64,000 nucleotides of DNA. Source: Octopus bimaculoides. Its lineage: Eukaryota. The first letter of the stretch is position 1, and the number at the start of each line of letters is the position of its first letter. The stretch lies in the NCBI RefSeq assembly GCF_001194135.2, contig NC_068988.1, positions 73,633,849-73,697,848 of the forward strand, written 5' to 3'. This document shows, piece by piece, positions 24,125-36,230 of the stretch. A program made the position numbers and the translations under genes. Under the pieces are notes generated by a model. It was not told the DNA's origin, ran no database searches, and was given only the letters and a program-made list of their open reading frames with translations.

Positions 24125-25735
24125 TAATTTGCCACCAGGGTGAAGGATGATGAGTATAATGCAAAGACAGACTTAAAGTGTGGGGGTTTACATATAATGG
24201 AATGATGAAATAAAAAGTATACACAGTATACATTAGAAGAAGGGAAGTATACATAGTATATGACACTAGAAAAAAGTGGTCGTGATGGGATCCCTCTGAT
24301 TTAGGAGGACCTCAAGGGATGCTCAAGGAACCCCATCATCCAAGATCACCCCGAATACTAAGGACGAGAGCCCACTTCGACTTTTTTCTTCCGACTCACA
24401 GGTCTACACTGAGAGTGGTACCATCCACTCATGCTATTTTTGTACCTTTCACCCACCTTTTGATAAATTCACTTGAGGACTACACCTCCCTCTCCACCCT
24501 CACTTTCCCATTCAAGTGAAACTTGGAAAAGTCAATGAGGGCTTTACCAAAGAGGAAAGATTCAGTCCTCATTCCTTTCAGCCTCGTCCACCAGATAACC
24601 TCTTTCGCCACAGCCACCAGACAAAGGAAAACTGCTTTGCCAGCCCGATTAAAGGAGGGCGGCAAGGCAATCATCATTATGGACTCGGACGACAGACGGA
24701 TCTGTCCTACACGCGACAGCAGCTGTTTGACAAAACTCCACAAGTCAGCAATGCCTGGACACTGAACGAGTGCATGCAGAACGGTTTCGTCACTCTGCGA
24801 GCACCACGGAAAAGCCCGTCTGACAGCACATCCGTGCTTGTAGAGTTTGTCTCGAACCGGTTGCGCCCTCCAGTAGCACTGCCAGGCCAAAGACATCTGG
24901 AAATTATCCATAACAGTCTCCGACCGGAAAATCCTCCAGAACAGACTTGCCAATTCGTCTTCGTCGACGCCTAGGGTCTCCCCGAGGACGTCGTCGTACT
25001 TCCCCTTACTAATCCTCTGTAAATATCTAATGTGGAACAGCCACCGATCCTGTTGTCCGACTTGTAGAGGACAGTGAGCGCCTGACATTCTTATGCCAGG
25101 CGCCCAACCTTGGCTTATCCTTTACTCAGGACTGCAACTCCGTCAAGGAGACAAGCTGCGGAAAGGTGTCTCACAAACGGAGCCTACACACGTTCACCTT
25201 CTAGAAATCGCCGCAGGTGGCACAACTTGAGTGCGTGTCTGCGCATTAAAATCCATGGCATGCCTAAGCCACCACGCAAAGGAAGTTGACAGCAGACCGA
25301 CCGCCTGACCATTGGAACGCATCCTTTCCACAAGAAAATAAACAGGATACGCTCCAATCTAATCAAGCAATAACTGGGACAAAGCACAACGGTCAGACGA
25401 TAAATAATGACAGAGGCGATGTAGGCATTCGCCACCTCTTCCCGACCTTTCAGGGACACATTCCTCTCTGCCCATTTCTGGGCAAGAGAATTCACTCTGT
25501 TCGTCACTTCTTCCCAATTCTTATCCACCTGGAGGTAGGGACCAAACCAGATCCCAAGCAGTTTCACTGGTCCGTCAGTCCAGCATCCGACGATGCCGTC
25601 CGACAGTATCGGTCAGCCTCTCCAAGGAGCCCGGTCGCAATCCCGACTTGTCGGCATTGATTTTAGCCCCCACAACCGACACATATTCCTTTACAATGGA
25701 GCCGACCGTCTCCACTTCGGTTTCAGTATATATTC
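24125..25735 (-). mobile_element. L1/Tx1-clade LINE, 5'-truncated, with 3'UTR
   Basis: GAKINADK, KLLGIWFG, SLKGREEVANAYIASVIIYRL, RGGLGMP and the zinc-knuckle remnant WCSQSDETVLHALVQCP. The 3'UTR ends in AATTAAAAAAA next to the microsatellite. Confidence 0.88.
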
Positions 25736-25739
25736 CAAA

Positions 25740-26365
25740 TCAAGTTCACATACCCATCACTGTAAATATTTCATCTCACTGCTTCAGCTTTTGAGTTTTT
25801 GCATATTTATTTATCCTCTCCCAAAATGAGCAATTACCTCCCCTATCCCGAATGATAAAGATCGCCAATTACTTTCCTTTAGATTTTACTTGTTGATTCA
25901 TTCACAAACTCCCATATACAACATGGACTAAAATCTTCTTAAGAAAATACGAAATTCAATAATTTCAATGTCGTGATTAGCGAAAGCGAAACCGGTCGAC
26001 AAACACAATACGCTTTCACTTATAAAATATATCAAAAATATATTAAAACTATGTAAATTGTGTACATTTTCCTCCTTTGATTTTATATATATATATATAT
26101 ATATTGCATATATTTGTATATATCATCCGAAAAGTATAGTATTAAATATCCATTTACGGCTGATGGACTTTAACAACCACAAGTCCTCTTTCAATATCCC
26201 AGGGAGACGTAACCACAAGTCCTCCTTTAACATCCCAGAGAGATGTAACGCCACAGCCATAGCCAATCACGTCTGGGCTTTGAAAGAAAGCGTCACGGAG
26301 TACAGCATAAAGTGGAAGATCCTAGAAAAATGCAAACCGTACTTCAATAGCAGCAGGTCATCAAA
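25740..26365 (+). mobile_element. Penelope-like element remnants: pLTR-like segment and GIY-YIG fragment
   Basis: FNNHKSSFN..NATAIANHVWALKE..YSIKWKILEKCKPY is typical PLE endonuclease sequence. A hammerhead-like motif lies at 25969-26001. Confidence 0.75.
25969..26001 (+). ncRNA. Degenerate minimal type-I hammerhead ribozyme
   Basis: TGTC-GTGATTA-GC(GAAA)GC-GAAA-CCGG-TC-GACA. Stem I is TGTC/GACA, stem II is a tetraloop hairpin, stem III is the palindrome ACCGGT. The core has two substitutions relative to CUGAUGA. Confidence 0.6.
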
Positions 26366-27705
26366 TGAATAATGCAGTTATTTTTCAGTTGCATGAACTA
26401 AAAGTCGGAAGGGGATAGGATAAATTACCGGCATCAACTTGCTATAAAAGCAGGTACTAATTTTATCTTGAACTTATTCTTAGTGCAAGTTTTCAAGAGT
26501 GCAGTTTGATTCTATCAGTTATTTTTTCAAAGCTATAATGGAAGTGACAAAGGAGCATATTCGTCATATTTTGCTTTATGAGTTCAACAAAGGCAATAAC
26601 GCAACCGAAAGTGCGAGGAATATTAATGCAGTATATGGTGATCGGACGATAAGCGTAAGCCAGTGTCAACGGTGGTTCCTGAAATTCCGAGCCGAAAACT
26701 ATAGGCTAGAAGACGAGCCTTGTCCTGAAAGATCTGTAGAGCTCGGCGAGGACGTCCTGCAAACCCTGGTGGAAAAAAATTCCATCGTAACTGTTGAGGA
26801 ACTAGCAGAGAAGCTTGGATTTGGTCATTCAACCAGTCATCGACACCTGCGTGCCATNNNNNNNNNNNNNNNNNNNNNNNNNNNNNNNNNNNNNNNNNNN
26901 NNNNNNNNNNNNNNNNNNNNNNNNNNNNNNNNNNNNNNNNNNNNNNNNNNNNNNNNNNNNNNNNNNNNNNNNNNNNNNNNNNNNNNNNNNNNNNNNNNNN
27001 NNNNNNNNNNNNNNNNNNNNNNNNNNNNNNNNNNNNNNNNNNNNNNNNNNNNNNNNNNNNNNNNNNNNNNNNNNNNNNNNNNNNNNNNNNNNNNNNNNNN
27101 NNNNNNNNNNNNNNNNNNNNNNNNNNNNNNNNNNNNNNNNNNNNNNNNNNNNNNNNNNNNNNNNNNNNNNNNNNNNNNNNNNNNNNNNNNNNNNNNNNNN
27201 NNNNNNNNNNNNNNNNNNNNNNNNNNNNNNNNNNNNNNNNNNNNNNNNNNNNNNNNNNNNNNNNNNNNNNNNNNNNNNNNNNNNNNNNNNNNNNNNNNNN
27301 NNNTGGTTTCAAGACGAAAGGTGTTCTTCCATCAAGATAATGCTCGGCCACATACAGCGAGGATGACATTCCAAAGATTGGAGCATTTGAATGGGAAACG
27401 ATGCCCCACCCACCATATTTGCTGGAAATTGTCCCATCTGGTTATCATTTATTCCGCAGTCTTCAGAAGCATTTGGACGAAAAAATATGAATTCTGTAGA
27501 TGAGGTCAGAACAGTACTGGAGGAGTATTTTTCGTCACGGACAAGTTAATTTTGGAAGAGGGTCCTTGCAGGTCTACCAGATAGATGAAAGAGCATTGTA
27601 GAAAATGACGGAGAGTATATTTTAGATTAAATATTAACTTTATTTATCTTAATTTTGAAAAATACAAGAAGTATAAAAGAAAACGCATTATTTATGGGAT
27701 GTTAC
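26360..27705 (+). mobile_element. Mariner (Mos1/Hsmar-like) near-full-length copy, with an assembly gap at 26858-27303
   Basis: MEVTKEHIRHILLYEFNKGNNATESARNI..CQRWFLKFR, FHQDNARPHT and the C-terminal GEYILD. TIR-like ends are AATGAATAATGCAG (left) and CGCATTATTTATGGG (right). Confidence 0.92.
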
Positions 27706-28021
27706 ACACACATATATAAGCACATATACGAATGTACATATGAATGTAAACATATAGCCATTCCCTGTAGATAAATAGTATTTTCTATTAGATTGAATTT
27801 GCCAAAGGGATAATGAAAAGTAATTTGAACGGCTCGTATTTATCAATAATTAGTATCTAAGATTAGAACAATCAGGAGTGAAGGTAAAGAAGTTCAGAGG
27901 TGTCATCAATGAATAACGGTTTTAGTAGTATTTAAAAAGACTAGTATATTTATGATGGAATTGAATGTTAAATCATTAAGTAGTTTTAGATAAAAGCAGA
28001 ATGTCATAATATGGTCTAATA

Positions 28022-28060
28022 CAGTGGTTTCCAAACTTTTTCAGGCTGCTACCCCCTTGG
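28022..28060 (+). mobile_element. hAT-type terminal fragment
   Basis: CAGTGGTTTCCAAACTTTTTT resembles hAT/Charlie TIRs. No partner end was seen. Confidence 0.4.
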
Positions 28061-28065
28061 TTCTA

Positions 28066-28217
28066 ACTTAGCGGTTCGGCAAAAAGAGACCAATAGAATA
28101 AGTACTAGGCCTACAAAGAATAAGCCCTGGGGGTCGATTTGCTCGACTAAAAGGCGGTGCCCCAGCATGGCCGCAGTCAAATGACTGAAACAAGTAAAAG
28201 AGTAAAGAGTAAAGAGT
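28066..28217 (+). mobile_element. SINE family A 3' part with (TAAAGAG)n tail
   Basis: Matches the tail of 83-375. Confidence 0.85.
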
Positions 28218-29189
28218 GTATATATATATATATATATATATATNNNNNNNNNNNNNNNNNNNNNNNNNNNNNNNNNNNNNNNNNNNNNNNNNNNNNNNNN
28301 NNNNNNNNNNNNNNNNNNNNNNNNNNNNNNNNNNNNNNNNNNNNNNNNNNNNNNNNNNNNNNNNNNNNNNNNNNNNNNNNNNNNNNNNNNNNNNNNNNNN
28401 NNNNNNNNNNNNNNNNNNNNNNNNNNNNNNNNNNNNNNNNNNNNNNNNNNNNNNNNNNNNNNNNNNNNNNNNNNNNNNNNNNNNNNNNNNNNNNNNNNNN
28501 NNNNNNNNNNNNNNNNNNNNNNNNNNNNNNNNNNNNNNNNNNNNNNNNNNNNNNNNNNNNNNNNNNNNNNNNNNNNNNNNNNNNNNNNNNNNNNNNNNNN
28601 NNNNNNNNNNNNNNNNNNNNNNNNNNNNNNNNNNNNNNNNNNNNNNNNNNNNNNNNNNNNNNNNNNNNNNNNNNNNNNNNNNNNNNNNNNNNNNNNNNNN
28701 NNNNNNNNNNNNNNNNNNNNNNNNNNNNNNNNNNNNNNNNNNNNNNNNNNNNNNNNNNNNNNNNNNNNNNNNNNNNNNNNNNNNNNNNNNNNNNNNNNNN
28801 NNNNNNNNNNNNNNNNNNNNNNNNNNNNNNNNNNNNNNNNNNNNNNNNNNNNNNNNNNNNNNNNNNNNNNNNNNNNNNNNNNNNNNNNNNNNNNNNNNNN
28901 NNNNNNNNNNNNNNNNNNNNNNNNNNNNNNNNNNNNNNNNNNNNNNNNNNNNNNNNNNNNNNNNNNNNNNNNNNNNNNGTTCCAGGGTTATTTCCCTTCG
29001 TCAGCGTCCGATAGCCACCGATCTGCGATGAGAGAGATAATTCTTGGCAACCTTATTATTCACTGATATCGAAAAAGTGAAAACAAGCAATGTTAATTCT
29101 CTAAATGAGGTATTAACAGTAACTGCACGATAAAGTGAAGTATATTGCCAGATTCGATTTGTCTAAGACTTTTCTAAAATGATACACTA

Positions 29190-29415
29190 GCTCGTTTCAA
29201 GGTGTAACATGACGCTCTGGTATTTTGGGCTCTCATACCATGAGTTGGCCTTTTTTCTCTTCTTCTTAGTCCTTTCTATACTACTTCATGATTTGTTCCT
29301 GTAGATCTCATTTGCGTCCTTCTCTGTGATGGTCTTGCAGTTTGTCATGACTCCTTTGCACGCCTTAATCCTGACTTTCTGGCTGTATCCAGAGAACATG
29401 CGGTGGATGAAGTGA
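29190..29415 (-). mobile_element. PLE fragment resembling the Naiad/Chlamys clade
   Basis: Minus-frame translation FIHRMFSGYSQKVR..KDANEIYRNKS*SSIERTKKKRKKANSWYESPKYQSVM resembles the RMQ.SGY..R..YR..W..R..K..W..YESV thumb-region pattern as I recall it. Confidence 0.55.
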
Positions 29416-29454
29416 TGTGTATATCTCTCTCTGGTTCAGTTGGATCGCACATAC

Positions 29455-29680
29455 GGGACACGTTTCTAATCACTCTTATAAGGTCCACTATCAAGATATT
29501 GAACTTAGTATTATCTGCGAAAGACACTCATATGAATCTTATTTCAGGCAAATATAAATCTTTCCATAAACCAAGTGAGGACACCTCCAACATCGACAGA
29601 GGTTTTAACCATCTACCATCAATATTTAAACAACTAGTTAATAGCATAAGTAGACGTATGTCCAACCTTTCATCCATGCG
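29455..29680 (+). mobile_element. PLE RT C-terminal fragment
   Basis: SGKYKSFHKPSEDTSNIDRGFNHLPSIFKQLVNSISRRMSNLSS matches the conserved Y.KP....Y....SNHP.SI.KQ...SI.RR.S.LS. Confidence 0.8.
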
Positions 29681-30339
29681 AAGTCTTGATTGGTCAGAAT
29701 GACGTGGGTAATATTTTTGCGAATCGCGCCATCAGATATAGTGACGTGATTGCCGAATATTCTCGCTACGAGATTAAGAGATTACATTATAGCTGCCAGT
29801 TTCGATCGTTTAAAATGAACTCTTCATACTGGCATAAAATGAAAGAAAAAATTGAAATAAATTAAACTGAGCTTTTATAACATGAGCTCTGGAACTTCAC
29901 ATTTTTTCTTATAAAGATCAGATGATGCTGTATTTCGTTTCCGTCTGATTGTTGCTAGTTGGTAGTGATGACCAGTTAATAAAAATAGTAACAGGTTAGT
30001 TTGTTGGTGGTGAGAGGCGGGACAGTAGAAGTAACCGTGGTATTGTTGCTATTATTGTTTTTTGGTGGTGGTAATGGTAGTACTGAGTGGTGGTGGTGGT
30101 GGGGGGGTTCCCTCAGTTGATAAGAGTACTAGTAGCAGGTGGGTTTGTTGATAGTGGAAGGAGGAACAGTAACAGTTGCAGTAACAATTATTGGTTCCCT
30201 GTGGTTTAATGCAGTCTTTAATCCAGCTAGTCGTAGTGGTCTTGGCTTATAGCAGTTTTCCATCAATATAACGTAGCAGCTGTCCTGGTGTGACCCCAGC
30301 AAGGGTTGCAGTATTGTTGATGATGTTTATTGTCTCTCT

Positions 30340-32485
30340 CATTCTCTGCCATAGGAATTTAGATATGGTTGACAACGAATTACATTTCTTTGTTAATGTG
30401 TTGACGTTCAGTTGTATTATCACCAAATTTACAGAGAAGAAAAATTGTAAAATTTGATTGTTTTTTTACCTGCACAAATATCTATATGTTCACCGGGTCA
30501 TATTTTTCCGTATTCCCTTATTTTAATTTACGGTCTGTGCAGTATCATTTGCTAACGTAAAGCATTTTTGTTTGTCCAATGTAATGCTCCCCACAATTAC
30601 ACAGATTAGATTTCCAGATGCGCAGGTGAAGTTATCTTTTACTGTATAGTATTGACCTAGTTGGAATCGGTTTTCTGACTCTTCTGTTAGATTAAAATGT
30701 ATACCACAGTCGGGTTTTCAGCATTTTTACTATTGGTTTTATTGTTATTATCGTGTGGAGTTTGACCTGTGTTAATATTTTCTTCATTGATTTGGGTTGT
30801 CTTTAACTCTTTATGATAGTGTGTGTCTGGAGCCCTTTTTCAGTGACGGCGTGTAATGGAATATGATGTTGTAAGCCCCACCGTTTTAGGAGTGACAGTG
30901 GAAGGTAATTGTTGCACCTTCAATTTTGATTCATTACTTTGTTTTGGTTGTCTAAGTTCATGGATACTGAATTTCTGGGCTTGTTGAATTTCATTGTCGG
31001 TTAAGGATGGTGGGTAATTTTTGGATGTCCAGCTCAAGCTATTTTTCAAGCACATTAGAAGCTTCATAAGAGATGACTTAAATATGCTCAAGCATCTTCC
31101 GAAAATAGTCAACGACAAAAATTTAATAGTATCATTCGGTGTTGTGAATCTCTATTCAAATATCTTTCACGACTTAGAAATAGAGGCCTTCAAAATTGAA
31201 GGTCCTACTGAACATCTCCACCTGTTACTCTCAAAACGATGGGGCCTACAACAACATTTCCATAACGTACCATTACTTGAAAAAGGACTCCAAACGCACA
31301 CCATCCTTCGGCTTTTTGGTGTCTTATGTCATGGACGTTTGTAACAGATACTATTGTACAAAATCCTTTTGGTTAACTTATAAGGTACATTCATTGTGGC
31401 ATATCAGGGATGGCATGAATTGAATGGAAGATAATGTTTGGAGTCCGTAGGTCTATTGTAAATGCTGACTTTTTAAAGAAGGATGTTTAAAAATGGAATT
31501 GCTTTTGGATATATTTCTTGGTGAATTGAAAATTTTCATTAACTCTATTAAGAAGTCTTTCAAATTATTTTAGTTTCTCTATACTTTCATTCCATAGAAT
31601 GAAGCAGTTAAGACAACTTTTCCAGTTTCTTGAATGCATATGGAGAAAGAATTACCTTATTTCCCACTTTTTTTCTTTTTTTTAATTAATTAATTTATTT
31701 GTTTTTGGTATAGCGTGATCTAACTCATAAATACACTCGCAAATAAGGAGTCTGGGCTGTTTTCGTTCCCATCGCAGTCCCAGATTTTTATCGAAAAAAG
31801 TTGTCATTAGACATAAAATAATCATTCTCTAGGATACATTTTAGGCCTATTATAAATTCTTTTTTTATGTGGTGGGAGAGTTCACCTGTATAATTATCTA
31901 ACCAAAATATAATGACCTCTATTTCTAAGTCGTGGGAGATATTTGAATAGAAATTCACAGCATCGAAAGATACGATTAAAGTTTTCTCGTTGACTATTTT
32001 CGGGAGATGTTTGAGCATGTTTAAGTCATCTCTGATGAAGCTTTTGATACTGGAGCAGGACAGCCAAAAACTACTCAGGCGATGGGTTTCGCATGTAGGA
32101 TCAGCTATTATCGGTCTTAATTTCGGATCGTTAGGTGAGAGAACACTAATGTATATGTCAGTGGCTCCTTTGCATTCCTCTCTTATTTTTTCACTTTTGT
32201 AAACTTTGGGTATGCTATAGAAGTGGCTAGATTTACATCTGAAATTGGTAATATAGTCATATTCTTTGTCGGTGAGTTCTAAGGTTTTTTACTTTTTGCT
32301 GACTAGTGTTGGGCCTTTTCATAGTATGCATCGTCTTCTAACAAAATTTTTATATTCTGTGTCCATCAAGACCACTGCATATCGTTTATTGGCTTCTTTA
32401 ATTGTGATTTCTTTATCATTTTTTAATTTGTTTTAACTCGTCCCAATTCACTTTTGTCTTGTGATTCTTTTTTGTGTGTGTGTGC

Positions 32486-32534
<49 letters not shown>

Positions 32535-34080
32535 GATATGGACGATTCAAAGCATATTCACAGAAATTCTCAAGGATTTTGTTCTTGCTAGGGTGTAGTA
32601 GCCGTTGTTTCTTACCACCGAGTCATCATCGTTGTTTTTGTCGTACAGTTCTACAGTGAGCCTTAATTGTCTGCAGAATCCAGAAACGTCGTCTTTTATT
32701 TCGTTGTAGGTGTGTCGTTGAGAAGTTGGTGTGAATTTGAGTCCTTTAGAGAGTATGATGATTTGCTGAGTTGTTAAATTCTTTGTTTAATAAATTACTG
32801 ATTTCAATTATTTTTTACTTCTGAGTGCATGGTTCCACTGGGTATCGTTCCTGTTGAATTAAAAGGGTTAGTCAGGTTGATTGATGTTATTAATGTGTTT
32901 CATGGTGTTGTAATTTATAGCGTGAGTTTGTGGCATAGGAGTGTTCGGTGAGTCTCTGAATTTTTTGTTCCATTGGCGTATTTGGAGGAGATTTCGTTGG
33001 TAATTTCTCTGATTGGTGTAGGTTTGTTGTATAGGATTGTTCAGCGAGTTTTTAAAATTTAAGTTCTGTTGATTTGTTTCGGGGAGATTTCGTTGATCGT
33101 TTCTCTTTACGGGGGCGGATTGTAATGTCGGCCTCCAAGGGTGGTTATTATTTTTTTGTTTGATGGGGAAATACTCATGTCAATGGTTCGCAGATGGTTA
33201 ATAAAGTTTGGAGTTTGTCTTTTATCCTTTCCTCGGGAGCAGAACTGGTTTAGTTTTCTTGTTGGTTGTAGAACTTTGTCCGTGTATGATTTTGTTTACC
33301 TCTTTTTTTTTTTTTTTTAGAAAAGGTTTGTCGAAAACAAGTTCTTTTCTGAAGATGGATTCAAAATTTACTGGATCAGTCAGCGTTTTCCCCCCAGCGT
33401 TGAAAAGATTTCAGCTATTCTTTTTCTCATTTCTCTTTCCTTAGTTTTGAAATACTTTCCTGGTCTGGGTCTTCTGCTCTTTTGCTGAATTCCGTGTGGA
33501 TTTCTTTGTCAATGGACTCAACTTCTCATTGGTCTGAGATCTTAGTTTTAAAATTCCGTTTCCAACCCCATTTTCACCAGTGTCATTCCCTTTGTTGTCG
33601 GTGTGCTTGGTTTGTTCTATGGTGAATTTTATTTGGAGCTTGCGGGGCAGAATTAATGGTGTTGAGTTGAGCCAGTTCTCGTATATATCTGCTTTGTAGT
33701 CGTTTTTGTAACATTTTTCAAAATGCAAATTTTCTATCCCAAAGACATTTTTCTATTGAGGTACCATGTGATTTTTTCATTTGGTATGCAGTTTTTATTG
33801 TATTTACACCATGTGCTTAGTCGTTTTGTTGTTCGTGTCTAGCTTTTTTTTTTCTAATAAAGTATTTTAATGGTTTCGCATAATTTTCCAAGATTTTTGC
33901 TGATTTCGGATGTTGCATTTCTCGTTTCAGTTTTCTCATTCTTTTTTCGAGGAGGACCATATGTTGTTTTGAGCTTGTTGATAATCATTATCAGGTTTTT
34001 CTGTTGATTTTCTTTGGATTTTTCAGTATTTCTTCATTGATAGTAAGAATCGAAGTGTCTGTTTTGGTGACATTTTCTAT
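30340..34080 (-). mobile_element. Penelope-like element, near full length, decayed and internally rearranged
   Basis: GLKFTPT, IVSFDAVNFYSNI, GTAMGTK, PFLNILL..IYNRPTDSKHYLPF, YPPSLTD and a GIY-YIG region (FTCASGNLI.., HINKE..FVV) occur in collinear order. Confidence 0.85.
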
Positions 34081-34108
34081 TCCTTGTGTGGTATATGACA
34101 TTCAAGTG

Positions 34109-34177
<69 letters not shown>

Positions 34178-34388
34178 CCTTTCTATTATAGGCACAAGGT
34201 CTGAAATTTGGGGGAGGGAGACGCTCGATTACACGCCCCTTGTACTCAACTGGTACTTGATTTATCGACTCCGAAAGGATGAACAGCAAGGTCGACGTCG
34301 GCGGAATTTGAACACTGAACGTAGCGACGGACGAAATACCACTAAGCATTTCATCCAGCATGATAACGATCCTGCCAGGTCACCGCCT
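34178..34388 (-). mobile_element. SINE family B with (ATT)n tail at 34113-34177
   Basis: Homologous to 23743-23958. Confidence 0.9.
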
Positions 34389-34391
34389 TAA

Positions 34392-34456
<65 letters not shown>

Positions 34457-34457
<1 letters not shown>

Positions 34458-34631
34458 TTATTTCTTTATTGCCCACAAGGGGCTAAACATAGAGGGGACA
34501 AACGAGGACAGACAAAGGGATTAAGTCGATTACATCGATCCCAGTGCGTAACTGGTACTTAATTTATCGACCCCGAAAGGATGAAAGGCAAAGTCGACCT
34601 CGGCGGAATTTGAACTCAGAACGTAACAGCA
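34457..34631 (-). mobile_element. SINE family B variant (different 3' tail), 5'-truncated
   Basis: The central domain is intact (GAATTTGAACTCAGAACG, GGATGAAAGGCAAAGTCGACCTCGGCGG). The 3' region CCCTCTATGTTTAGCCCCTTGTGGGC differs from the neighbouring copies. Confidence 0.85.
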
Positions 34632-34664
<33 letters not shown>

Positions 34665-34675
34665 CTTTTCTTTTC

Positions 34676-34775
34676 TTTTCTGCTATAGGCACAAGGCCCG
34701 AAATTGTGGGAGAAGGGGCTAGTCGATTACATCTGGTACTTATTTCATCGACTCCGAAAGGATGAAAAGCAAAGT
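34676..34775 (-). mobile_element. SINE family B 3' fragment
   Basis: Tail CTTGTGCCTATAGCA plus part of the central domain. Confidence 0.8.
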
Positions 34776-34799
34776 GTAAACGTGGGTCATATGGATGAA

Positions 34800-36200
34800 A
34801 GGATCAACTGTTAATTGAGAAAATGAATATTAATGATTGTCATAACAGATAAAAAACAAATGTTTCAATGGCCTGGATAGATTACAAAAAGGCCTTTGAT
34901 AATCTTCTTCAAAGTTGGATAGATGAATGTCTGGAGATATTCAGAATTTCAACAATAATCAGGAAGTTTTTATCTCATGTCATGAAGGAATGGAAAATGA
35001 CATTGGAGAAGCCAATATTAATCATAGAATCTTCCGAGGAAAGTAATAATCTCCTTTGTTATTCAGTTTAGCACTGTTTCCCCACTTAAACTTCTGAAGG
35101 AAACAAATTATAAATACAATGTGTACAAAAAAAAATCATCAACTATCTCTATATGGATGACTAAACTTTTTGCGAAAAGGAACGACTGCAAACTCTCCTT
35201 CACACAGCCAAACAATTTAGGGATACCATTAAAATGGAATTTAGAATTCTAATTACCGACAACAAGCAAAAGACTGGATGTTAAAACTCATTCTGAAACG
35301 TGAAGGTGCCAAAAAATTGCACCCAGTAACGAAGGATGCAACAAAAAATCTTCCAGGAAATGCAGCTAAAAGAACCAGTACTTGAAGAAAATGTGTCCCC
35401 AACTGAAAAGGATAAAAAACAGTTTGTTTGGCTGTAGCCAAACAAACTGAAATGAGAAATGAGAACAGAAACCACTGTAAAGCAAATTTCTGATTAGAGC
35501 CAGGTATCCTGATGCAGACCAAATTCTTACCAATCAATGATTGGCATGTTCTGGTCCGAAACCGGAAACTGAGAAATATATTACTGCTGCTCAGGATCAG
35601 TGTCTTCCAAGTAGGAGCTATTAGTGAATTGTTCTGAAGCATGAAAGCAGCCCGTGTATGCGAGTAACATTCAGAGACAATCGACCACATAATCTCTGAA
35701 TGCGGCCGATTGGCACCAACAGAGTACTTGCAATGACATGACAGGTCAGCTCAGTACATACAGTGGTCAATATACAGCACACACCTTTCTTCACAAAGAG
35801 AAGTGGTGGGAATATAAATCATCACAAGTTGTGCAGAATACTGAAGTTACCATCTTCTGGAATTTCAGTGTTCAGTCTGATCGAGAAATTCAGCCCAACT
35901 GACCGGATATCATTGTGAAAAACCATTTTGAAAAACATACTTCGTTGGATATTGGAGCCCCAGCTGACATAACAATATCTCTGAAAACATTTGAGGAAAT
36001 GAACAAATGTAAGGACTTGTAGATAGAAATCAAAAGAGTGTGGCATCTCAAAGCAACATTACATATTGTTATTGAGGCACTTGGAATGGTGTCAACAGAA
36101 GCAAATATGAAGACCAAATTCCTGGTAGCCCAGGAATTAATGAATTGCAAAAGATCGCGTTTACGGGAACCTTACATATATAATGTAAATTCCTCTCCAC
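34800..36200 (+). mobile_element. R4/Dong-type (RLE) non-LTR retrotransposon fragment
   Basis: AWIDYKKAFD, LYMDD, ETIDHIISECGRLAPTEY, PDIIVKN..SLDIG, KCKDL*IEIKRVW and VIEALG give RT, CCHC and PD..D restriction-like endonuclease motifs. Confidence 0.85.
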
Positions 36201-36230
36201 GTAAATACAATCTCATTATGGAGGTGGTGG

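Noticed and set aside
29270-29300. Selenocysteine interpretation of the in-frame TGA in the Naiad-like fragment
   Set aside because: It aligns with an expected Trp (TGG to TGA decay), and no SECIS is evident.
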